Assembly: GCA_949358305.1 (NCBI GenBank)
Contig: OX442314.1
Span: 32,364,001 to 32,428,000 of the forward strand
Length of the DNA stretch: 64,000 nucleotides
Direction of reading: 5' to 3'
Origin: Strigamia acuminata
Taxonomy: Eukaryota
In this document: one piece after another, positions 12,980-24,800 of the stretch
Layout of the letters: every line of letters begins with the position of its first letter
How positions within the stretch are numbered: the first letter of the stretch is position 1
Notes under the pieces: generated by a model
Database searches by the model: none
What the model was told of the DNA's origin: nothing
Seen by the model: only the letters and a program-made list of their open reading frames with translations
Made by a program: the position numbers and the translations under genes

Positions 12980-15900
12980 ATGGATGACTTTTTCTCTTTT
13001 TCTTTAAACTCTTATCACTTCTTGTTGTTTTGTATCATTGGGTTGTTAACAATATGGTACATGTAAGTATTTGTGTCAGTCTAATACATAATTGTAAGAA
13101 CTTCCATTTACTTTATAAAGTAAATTAAAAAATGGCGATCAATTAGGTGTCTGACCTTGACTGTGAATTTATTTGGGAAAAATTAAAATAATAATAATAA
13201 TAATATAATAATTTAATATAATATAATATAAGAAAAAAGTTAATAAATACTTCGGGAACAAAAAAATTCTTATCATTGATCATTGATAAACTAACTACAT
13301 TTTTATTTTAATTATCAGTGCTCTTAAATATTAGAAAAAAAATAAAAAATGTTTTAAACAGTCTCTAGTTATTTATAATATTGTCAATCCTGATGGGTCT
13401 ATGTAATAACAAAAATTAATTTTTCAAGATATTACACTTGGCATTTCGACTACTGGAAAAACCAAAATGTACCGGGAGTAAAACCGCAATTATTCATTGG
13501 AACATTCAAACCAATTTGGAAATACGTAAGTTTGAAAAGCCCCAAGTGGGTTGTGAACTGGATGACAGCTCTCTGACATAATTTCAGCCTATGGAAAAAC
13601 AAGACATGGATTCTATGAATAAATATGGCCACGTGCATGGGTAAGTCACTTCATGTTTTTGCTACACACACTACTATAAGCTCAACGACTTATTTGCAGG
13701 GGTTTTATAGGTGGAAATCCAATACTCCACGTATCTGATCCTGACTTACTAAGACAGATATTGGTGAAAGATTTCCACGCATTTACAGATCGCAGAGTTT
13801 TTGCGGGTATGGACAAGCAGAAATTCGTAAGAAAAATGTTAACAGTGATGACAGGAGAAGATTGGAAAATGGTACGGAATACACTTACGCCGACATTCAC
13901 TTCAGGAAAGTTGAAGCAGGTACCAATAAAAAGAAGAAAATCAGAAAGTCAAACACAGCAATTCATGTGTAATTATTAATTAATTAATTAAAGGGGGTTT
14001 AGATAGAGTAGACTGCGGGTCAAAATTATAAACTTACCCTCAAAATGTGAAAAAGAAACCATGACCACATCCACCAATTGGTCATGGTTTTTTTCACATT
14101 TTGTGGGCGAGTTTATAATTTTGACCAGCAGTGTAATTTGGCATCAGAATGCAATTGAGTTGCCTGTGAAATGCTGTAGTTGATGTTCGATTCGCCAAAA
14201 GGCCCATTTTCAATAAAGAAATGAATGACATTTAATGTAGATGGTGTACTTGATAGAAGAATGCACTCAGCATTTAATGAATTCTTTGAAAAATAAAGCA
14301 GAACTTGGCGAGCCGATAGAGTTCACAAGGTATGCACTGTATTAGTTGGAATCCAAAGCTATAATATTTGTGTTTTGCACATTTTAGGTTGTTTGCAGTA
14401 TTAACATTAGATGTGATTGCAAGTTGTGCATTTGGAATGAAAAGCGACTGCATTAATAACCCACAAAGTGAATTTGTTGTTCAAGCGCAAAAAGCTTTTC
14501 GAGTAAATCCTGCACTGCTATATTTTATAAGTAAGTAAAACGACCATTTTTTGTTTTTCCTTTTTTGTTATTTGTAAAAGAAATGATAGTCCTAACTCCT
14601 CTCAACTTTTCAGATGTTACGCCAGTCCTGATGAAATGCATTCCAAAATTTTTGCTACCAAATGCATTTAAATACTTTGAGAAAATTGCAGATCAAACAG
14701 TTGAAATGAGACTTAACCATAAAGATGTAAACAAAATATTGACATTCTAAATTTTGAAATCTTTTTGTGTGGACATGCATAAAGAAATATCGATTTAAAT
14801 TTAAAACATACAAAAAGATGCTCGATGAGAAAAAATTTAGTGTTGAAATGACAAAGCAAACATTAATTCAACTATTTATTTAACCAGTTCACAAGAAGGG
14901 ACTTTCTGCAAATAATGCTAGAAGCTGAGGTACCAACTGATGAGACCAATAAAACTCAAGAAAATGAAAATCAACAAACTGAATCTAAAAAAAGTGATAA
15001 TTTTTAAAACTAACATCCATCTCATATCCTAGCAAGTACTTGTATTTATCACAGCACTAACAAGAGAAGTCATCATTGCCCAAACAGTGCTATTTATACT
15101 AGCTGGCCATGAAACAACAGCAAATACACTCAATTTTCTTGCTTATGAACTTGCCTTGAATCAAGACATTCAAGAGAAATTAGTAAAAGAAGTGGATGAT
15201 GTAATGACAGACTGCAAGGTAAGAATTTAAGATGAAAGTTTCCCAAAATTAGATACCACAACTATTATTAGATCTGATGTAATTCAGTGAGTCAAACAAC
15301 ATTGCAGTATTTCGCTATTTAAAATTGAAATTAGACAAAAAAATCTTAAATATAAAAAATGTATACGAAACCAAATAATATTTGAAAAAATAATGTTATG
15401 TCAACCAACGGTCCATTGCACACCCACAAATAAAACAGCCCCAAGATGGCAGACTTGTTTATTTCCTGTTTACCGGGCCAACCGTTACTAAGGGGAAAAT
15501 ACGGAAGCTGTACAGTAATATTCGTGATTACATTCTTCCCAGAATTAACTATTAGCAGAAATGTGTCAATACACTACAAAGTCGTAACAGTAATTTGTTG
15601 TAGGGTAAACTAACTTATGACGCTGTATCATCAATGCAATTCTTGGACATGGCTATATCGGAAACTTTACGAAAATATCCACCGGCTGTCAGGTGATAAA
15701 CCTTACAAACGTCCAAATTGTTTTCTGGATTTAAAACATATCTCATGTTAATTTTTAGGACTGATAGAACCTGCGTTGAAGATGAATACAACTTGGATGG
15801 AATCACACTACGCAAAGGAGTATTGATTGCCATACCAATATACGCCATCCATCACAATCCAGAATTTTATCCCGATCCACAAATATTTGATCCTGAAAGG

Positions 15901-16281
15901 TGTTTTTTATTGATGGAAATGAAAACATCCTTATAATACATTTATTTTTTAATTGTCATTTTGATTTGGAATAGGTTTTCTCCAGAAAACAAAGCCAAGC
16001 GCAATCCGTTTACGTATCTTCCATTTGGAATTGGACCCAGAAGCTGCATTGCCACCAGATTTGCTTTAATGGAGCTTAAACTTGTCATGGCACATATGTT
16101 GTACAATTATCGCTTACAGACTTGTCCTGAAACTGAAGTATGTTGTACCTGTAAGAATATTTCCTATTTTAACATTTGATTTTAGTTTCCAGTGAAATTT
16201 GAGTCAGGAATGGGTTTATTACAGCCAAAGTCAATCAAGCTTACACTTCAGATGAGAATTGACCAACCACATTTTGATTAA
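12980..16281 (+). CDS. Cytochrome P450, CYP3 clan, copy 2 (recent tandem duplicate), multi-exon
   Basis: Same exon structure and motifs as copy 1 and near-identical introns; ATG 12980, stop 16279-16281. Confidence 0.93.
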
Positions 16282-18389
16282 ACTTTAAAAATCATATGTA
16301 GTTGACATTATAATGTATTCAGACTTATTATTTTTATAAAATTTAAGTCATGTTATAATTACTTTGATGGAAAAAAATTATTCTGTAAAACATTAAAACA
16401 ATGAAATGGACTATACAAATGAATTTGGAGCGCTTTTGTTAAAGAGTCTGACTATTTCTCAGCCAGATGGCAATAGTGGAATGCACAGCAACATGGTCGC
16501 AGAGGAATCATCTGTGCGTAAATAGATTAATTTATTGAATTTCTTGAAATAATGTTGGATATCCGAGCAGCGTGTACACGATCCAACGCTCACGAGGCGA
16601 TTAACCAAAAGGTTCTCACGTCGAGTAAAAATGCGCCAGCATGAACGTCTGGTGCTCGGGTGAGTAACAAAATTGACACTAAATCAAACATTAATCACAA
16701 ATATCAAACTGGATGAGATGAATACGGATCTTTTTTTAATGGCCAATGAAAATCAGAGCTGGATTTAAGTATTGCCAAGCCCTAACCTACAACATGCATG
16801 ATGGGTTTTAGCTTTTTACGGTTGGACCGGCTCAGTAATAAAATGAAGCCCACATTAGGGGGCGCCCCCTGGGGAAACTTTTCTTTAAAGTACTGTGTTT
16901 AGGTATAAAATCTCCAGTTTAATATCTTCTGGATCCTGACTTTTCGATCAATGTCGATAGGCAGGCCCCCAAAACCCCGAACGCTATGCAAATGTGGTCA
17001 CCATTAATGCCGGAAATGGTAAAACTTTACCTTTGTCCGCTCCTTTTGCGGCACATTTTGGGCCCATTTGAGAAATTGGATTTCCTTCTTGATGAGTGCG
17101 GGCAATCCACACCAAACCTGGCTATTTTTAATGCTTTTAACTGTGTGTCCTGTTTTTCTGAGCACAGCCAGTGCAGACGGTGGAACATGTTCCTTGCAGT
17201 GGTATTAAAAAAGTGTGCTTTTCCTTTTATTTGTCTGGGTTGAAAAAATGAGTAGCAGCGATAGTAGTCTTTAGTTTTATTTAGTACAGAAAAAACATTT
17301 AGGAAAAGAATCTTGTTTTATTTAATCCTAGTATGCCTGCAAGTAAAAACTTTGCACAGTAAATCAATACGTATTAATTTTTGAATGATCAATATTTCAA
17401 GTTGGGGGGGGGGGGGGGGTGAATGTGGGGTCGTGTCAACCTCACCCTTTCACTGTACAACTGTACTGGAATTGGTATCCTTTCACGTCATTATTCTACG
17501 TCATTTATGCTGCAAAGAAAATCGTTTCGGCTGTGTTGTTTTCCTTAACCAGCGCATAGAAAAAGGACAAAAGAAAATACTGACCTGCCCCTTCAAGGTT
17601 CTGTCAGCTGGTCAAGGCCTTGGACAGTCACGACATGTTTGCGGTTGTAGATACCGCATTTCAATCAATACAGTAATCTGGGCAACAGTTGCCAAAGTAA
17701 ATCTCCAACAAAAGAATAATTAACAGTGTGGTCGTGTATTTTGAATCGTGTATGTTGTGATTAACGACCAGACGTGGACAACGTGGAGAATGAACGTTCT
17801 AAGAGTTTGCTTCGTTTGTCTCCTTTCTGGATTTATCGGCATTTTAAACAGTAATCTTCTGAGAATTATATAAATTGAAAATTCTTGAGGAATTTTAAAA
17901 AAATTATGGCAACTAATCAGGGTATGTGTACATTTATCTCTAATTTTAGCAGAGGAAAACACTTCTTTAACTAACTTAACCTTTGCTGGCTATAATGAAC
18001 TGGATTTTCATTTATCTAAAATTGTACAAATCACAAACACGAGAAGAATACACATTATTTATTATCAGGATGATAATGGTTAGTAAAAATCTCAAATTTT
18101 ATTTAGGTTTATGTATTTATTTATCTTTTGTTACTATTCTAGTTTCAAACTGTTTGACGAAATTAATCCGTTTCAATTGGATTGGAAAAATTCAAATGTC
18201 AGCACAACGATTCAGTAATGCGTCATTAGATTTCGATTATACTCCTTTCCAGCTGATTCTTATTTGGATAGAAAGTTTTGAGCAGGTAAAAAAAGATCTA
18301 ATCATCCTACTAGTTATATTTGTCGACCGACTGCAATGAATGCTTGTTGGTCTTGACAGCACTTCTTTCTAGTTCTAATTCTAACAGTA

Positions 18390-19897
18390 CTACTCAAAGA
18401 CATGAAATTAGAATACACACCTCTGTCAAAACAAAAGTTGTGTTTGAAATTAAATCACACAAAAAATAAGCAACATATAATCAAATGTTTATTTTTCCCA
18501 ATACAATAAACATAAAATGAATTGAATAAACAAAATTTCATGAAAATTGATCAATTATTTCCAAAGTTATCATGAAAAATGATTGGGCCCTGCAAGACAC
18601 TAAATTAGAATCCTCAAAAATTAGAGGCATGAAATTAGAATATTTATCCTTAATACATTGTAGGTCCGCCTTTTGCATTAATTATTGCCTTAATACATCT
18701 GGGCATAGATTCCACCTGGCCACTCTAATACTTGAACCAATCTTGAGTAACTTTAGCTGAATGTGCCGGTGCTAAATCATGTTGAAATGAATAACCAGAA
18801 AAGCATCCTCCTCATTGTAATGAAGTCAAAAGTCCATCCATGAGAATATCTTTTATTTTCCAGCATTAATCGTACCCTCAACTAACAAGACAGGGCTAAT
18901 GCCCTTTGCAGCCATGGAACCCCACATCACAACAGATGTGGGATGCTTCACTTTAGACCTCACACATTTGTGAACATACTCCTCTCTTTTTCTTCGCCAG
19001 ATTCTGGGCCCAGAATCACCAAATGTTATACAAAATCGAGACTCTCTGACCAAATGACCTTTTTCCACTGATCAACAGTCCATTTCATGTGTTTTCTTGC
19101 CCACAATAATCGTTTTCTTCGCTGTTTTGCATTAAGATGTGGTTTGTGTTTAGGAACTCGAGACTTGAATCCCATTTCTTTTAGCCTTCTTAATGTTGTG
19201 CGAGTTCACACTTGGATTTTAGATGTTTGTTTCTATTCCTGAGTTATTTATTTAGCATTCTTGAAGCTATTTTTCTTCATAATCTCACGAAGGGAGCTGT
19301 CCGTCTGTTTAGATGTTTTACCATCCGTTGTTTATATTTTTGCTGGTCAAAAATCTCATCACCATTTGCCTTAAATTGTTGTATAACTTTTGACACAGTT
19401 GACTGGGAGCAAGGAATAGCTTTGGCTATGTCAATTTGCTTCAGTTTTTGTTGAAATAAAGTAATTATTTTGGTTTTTTCACGATCAGTTAAGTCTGATC
19501 GCTTTCCCATCTTGGATTCAATCTGAAGTGACATTGGCATAATGTAATAACAAATAATGACTATATATTCACTTTTTGAGCTTAACTCATTAATTGCAGG
19601 TGAATTTGGGATAATTACAGATTATAATTTGCATTCCTGCTCAATATTCTAATTTCATGCCTCTAAATCTTGAGGATTCTAATTTAGTGTCTTGCAGGGC
19701 CCAATCATTTTTCGTGATAACTTCTAAAAAAATTGATCAATTTCCATCAAATTTGGTTTATTTGATTCATTTTATGCTCATTGTATTGGGAAAAATAAAC
19801 ATTTGGTTATATGTTGCTTATTTTTTGTGTGATGTAATTTCAAACTCAACTTTTGTTTTGACAGAGGTGTGTATTCTAATTTCATGTCTTTGAGTAG
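18390..19897 (-). mobile_element. Tc1-family transposon with a degenerate transposase
   Basis: ~250-bp TIRs starting CTACTCAAAGACATGAAATTAGAA, TA TSD, HTH (IDIAKAIPCSQSTVSKVI) and VKHP.SVVMWG in broken frames; empty site near 52025. Confidence 0.92.
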
Positions 19898-20194
19898 TAC
19901 ACGCTTGTCTTACATTTAAAATAAATCTTTATTTCAGCTTGCCCAGTATGCTTTCTTATCAATTGAAAACAAAGAGTTGATATTTGTCATCAAGGAAACA
20001 CGTGGAACTCTAAATGCAAAGCATGATCTAGATTTGTTCTTATTACAGGATCTCATCATATGGAGACAGAATACAGTCTACTTATTTACATATGCTGAAC
20101 ACAGTAATGTATGAGTCAACAGTTAAAGTATTATTAGCAGTATGTATGCAGAAAGTTCATCTTGTTATAAATTAACACCGTTTATTTTACACAG

Positions 20195-20731
20195 TAGGTG
20201 CATTCGAAAAGTCATCAAAACGAGTGTAAATATGTTTACACCCATTTTCACACGACATTTACACGAATTAATTCGTGTAAATGTCGTGTGAAAACGGGTG
20301 TATACACGACATTTACACGAATCAATTCGTGTAAATGTCGTGTGAATTGGTTAAACGGAAACGACCTGCAAGTCACGTTCAACGAGTCTTCTCGTTCAAA
20401 TCGGGTCTTGCTGACAGCCATCTTGGATTTCCGATAGATCGGTTGCAACGATTTCGATCGTAAGAACAATTTTGTGTCAGTTATTAGCCGCATTTCTGCG
20501 ATCGAATGTGAACAATGTTCGGCCGCATTTGTGTGATCGAATGTCGCCGATGTTCGGCCGCATTTGTGCAATCGAATAGTTATTATTGGGGCTAATTAAT
20601 TTATACTTGGATTTACACTGAAATTTACATTGAAATTTATTTTTAAACTCGAAAATTGGATCGTTTAACTTGATATTTACACTACCAGTTGCACTGGTCA
20701 TTTAGTGCAAATGACTTTTCAAATGCACCTA
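20195..20731. mobile_element. MITE with internal tandem palindromes
   Basis: TIRs TAGGTGCATTCGAAAAGTCAT / ATGACTTTTCAAATGCACCTA; absent from paralogous block B (about 52320). Confidence 0.75.
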
Positions 20732-21895
20732 GTAATGTATCTGAATCTGCTCGTTCAAAACAAGAAATGGGTGAATTTGAACTTTGTCACAGGGTTCAAT
20801 AATAGATTGCAGCAAAATGAAAACCTCTGTGATGCTGATGCACATTTACAGATTAAAGATTTTTGTCTACCAAGATTAACATTCAATATATTTGATTTTT
20901 AAAATATATAAACTATATAATTACATATTTTTTTAAACCTTAAATTATAGAATTTTAGCTTGCAGTTATTGAAACATCAATCTGAGGGGAACATTTTCCA
21001 AACAACCAACTTAGGGATAAATTGTGCGGAGCAACAAAAATGTCAATTTGAAAAGATTTCTCAAACATCAGTGTTTCTGAAAAAACGAAATTTTACGGTA
21101 GCCCAGGTAAAGGACAACAGGGAGGAGGTAAAGCTAAAGTGTGGCACGAAAGGTCCAGTGTAAATCTAACCAGCATACAAACCAGTTGTGGATGGGTCTT
21201 CCACCCATGTTTACTACGGTGACAACTGATGTGTTGCTTCCAACAACTCCATTTATTATGGGTAGTCGATAAAAATAGCTTCAGATGTTAGATGGCAATG
21301 GATTTGAATAGATTTCAACAAGAAGCACGCCAAGTTAAAAGCAGTCAATTTTTAATAAAATACAGGAAATATGTACATCTTATTCTTCTCCCTTGATACT
21401 AATAATAAACTTGTCCCATTTACATTGTGGGTCACCAAAGTGACCCTCTGTTAACCAAACATGGCGCCACCTCCAATTCCCTCCAATTTGCGCATCCCTT
21501 TTAAACGCCAGTTTCAACATGATGCTTAGGGATATGGACTGTTCCCTGAGAAAACAAAGACAATCCAACCCCTTTGTGTTAATAACCTTATCCATTTTGT
21601 CAATGCCTCTGGTCTAACAGTGAACACAATAATGGGGAATGCTTGGGAACACTGACCCTTATAGTAGCGGTCATTAAATATTGAATGTAGCGTTTTGAGT
21701 CTTTATTCTCGTGTTATGGGTGAGGGAAGTATTGTGTTATTAGATGTAGGGGTGGTTCTGTGGGGTTGTATAGTATGGTGAAGTACACCCTATATCCCAT
21801 ACTGACCCAAATAGAAAGTTATGACCAAAGAGAAAATAGTGATAACAGTAATCGTACTAACGTTAACAAAGAAATCATCTCATTTTTTTTTATAG

Positions 21896-24800
21896 CTGGA
21901 AGGAATAAAATATCATGATGAATTAATTGACGAGGAGTTTCTTATTGACATATTCGAGAAAATGAGTAATATTTGGTAAAAGTTTTGTTATTTGGTAAAA
22001 TACTTACACAAGCGACATAAACCTTTCTATACTTCTAGCTCCATAGTCGACATTACCATTAAGCGTGACAAACATATAGTGCCAAATCTGAAAAAGAAAG
22101 TAAGTGTGTGATATTATTCAGTTTGCACAGGATTCTTTTATTTGTAGATTTTCAAGAATATACAGGACAGCTAGAAGTACAGTCAGCCAGGTTCAAAAAA
22201 CTTAGACCACTCTGAAATTCTTGACAAAATTTTTTCTCTCACAATTATGAATGAAAGAAAAAAAAAAACAATTAAACAAAAAATGGCTTGAAAGATTCAA
22301 ACCTAAATAACGAATCAATCTCTGTTGAAGTTTAGAATGGTCTAGATTTCATTTTCTTGAAAAATCTTAAGTAATCGAGTTTAATCCAAAGAAATTGCAA
22401 ACTTTACTACATCGTACAACATTTCAAGATAAGAATACATTTAATGTTCAACTTGTCTATTCTTTTATAAGAAATATGACTTCTACAAAGGGCAATGTGG
22501 AATATCTACATCACGTGTTTTGGATTTCGACTTCGTAAATTTTCCTGTCGATAGAGACTCGTTTGCATTCGTTATGCGACAAGACAGCACAATCAAAGAA
22601 TACTTGTGGATGACATTTTTCCAACCATTTTCCATGGTTGTTTGGTCGTGCATTCTAGCTACTTATTTGATCATCGCGCTCTCTCTTGCTTCTATCACGA
22701 AATGCCATAAAAACAAGCCCTTAACATCAGGTAACTACACCTCAATAAGATAACTACAGGTAATCAATTTACGAGTCATGTTTACCATGTATTGTAGTTT
22801 ATGCAGTTAGTGGAACGGAGAACTTGTTTCGTCTGCTAATCATTTCGAGCTACAATGCGGTGCTATATACATCACTCACTGTTACAACATCGCGACTGCA
22901 ATACAACAGTATTCAAGACTTATTGTTGGCAGACAAAGTCAACTTGTACGGTTATGGAATGTATTTTCCTTACAAGTTCATTAAGGTAATGCTTTTTTTT
23001 GCCTCTTTCGAACCGTTCTTGTCGTTTCTGTACCAACAGTCCGCTGACCAGTGGCCAGTTTTGCCACGCTTGTTGCTCTTCTCTTTAAAACGTTTTCCAC
23101 TATTACCGCGGGAGATTGCACCAAAAACTAGAATAATTCAAAAAATAAAAAAATAACAAAACTATTTTCCTGGCGGTAGCACAGTCGGAGTAATGAGGCT
23201 CGGCCAATGGGAGAAAGGCCCAATTTGTAGTTAGCCAAAGTATATTGAGAACTAGTGTATTCTCCAGGCAGATGGTTTAGTACGGGCATGGGCCTTACCG
23301 ATACCGATACCGATACCGATACCATGGTCCAAGGACCATGGTATCGGTATATTCAGACCAACAAATGAAAGCGTATAGATCTGGAATTTGAGGTTGATAA
23401 TAAATAACAAATTTAGGTCTTAATTTTCTATGATATAGTGTAAGCGATAGCGCCCCCTGGGGGTCTTTTCGATGACTTGTTCTATGTAATTTGGATTTGT
23501 TCTATGCTTTGGAATAATAAATCAGTCTAGTTCAGACATTCAACTTAACCGTATGTCTAAATCATTCTCACATGGCGCAGTCGACAGGATGTGCAGCGAG
23601 GTTAAGCGGACCAAACCATATTTGGACGACGTGGGGCAGTCGGGGAGGTCAGCGGGTGAGTTGATAATGTCTTGGGACGAATTTTTGGGTTTAGTAATTC
23701 AAAAGGGGTTTAAATTAAATTTGACAAAGTGTAAGCTATTAAGAGCAGAAACAGAGATTCGACAGCGGTCGAAAGCCTTCCGATCTCAAGAAGGGAGACA
23801 AGGTGTTGTATTCGAAGGGACCGCGCAACAAAAAGTTTGACACGCTCTTCTCCGGTCCGTTTGAGGTGGTGAGGAAGATGGGCGAGGAGGTGTTCCTCAT
23901 AACGGACGTCGCGGAATCAAGATCGTGGAAAACACATGCATCTCAACTAAAGAGATTTTTCGCCGAGCACCAAGAGGAGATCGTCACGGGAGATGAGGGA
24001 GCGGCAAAGAGCAGCGAGGAGCCATCGGAGGCTCGATACGTTTTGAGAAATCGAAGTGTACCATAATTTTGTAATTTTGTATTGTTGTCGAGGACGACAA
24101 CCCAAAAGGGGGGTCGTGTAAGCGATAGCGCCCCCTGGGGGTCTTTTCGATGACTTGTTCTATGTAATTTGGATTTGTTCTATGCTTTGGAATAATAAAT
24201 CAGTCTAGTTCAGACATTCAACTTAACCGTATGTCTAAATCATTCTCACATATAGATGGCACAAACAAATCTTACAGGGAAAATTTGGCATCGTATGGAA
24301 AAAAGTACCAGAGAAGGAAACATTTCTTTCGAAGATGCTCCGAAAGTGCTTTCGACGAGCAACAATGCCATCATTGATACGTACAAAACACTAAAACAGG
24401 ACTTCGGACAAAACTGTACGTTAAGTTTTATAAACATCCCGATTGCTATTCCAGGTTATTACATGTTTAATAAGAAATCAAAATATGTGGATTTTTTTAA
24501 TCAGAAGTGAGTACTTATTAGTATGCGATTAATTATTTTGTCCGTTTCCCCATGCATTTCTGGATAGGCATGGCAGATATGTGTGTTGGCATCCTTTGGA
24601 TACCCGTGTAGCGCATATTAATGCTACTCTTATGTGTTAACACACATATTCTATGTTTCTTGTGTCGTCTGCTTGAGAGAGCGATAAATGTTGTTTTCCG
24701 TGTTGTTTATCGGTTAATTATGCCTAGGTTAACAATTACTTATATTGTAAAGAACAAATCAATGCTTGTTGCTATTGATTTGTCCTATTGTCATATTTTG

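Larger units (their letters stand above)
16420..21170 (+). repeat. Duplicated block A
   Basis: Colinear similarity to about 32220-32600, 35270-36202 and 51738-52833. Confidence 0.85.

Noticed and set aside
17385..18339. ORFs conserved between blocks A and B (35341-36239) as a host gene
   Set aside because: Conservation is explained by the duplication; I could not assemble a stop-free spliced frame or recognise a domain, though a decayed gene is not excluded
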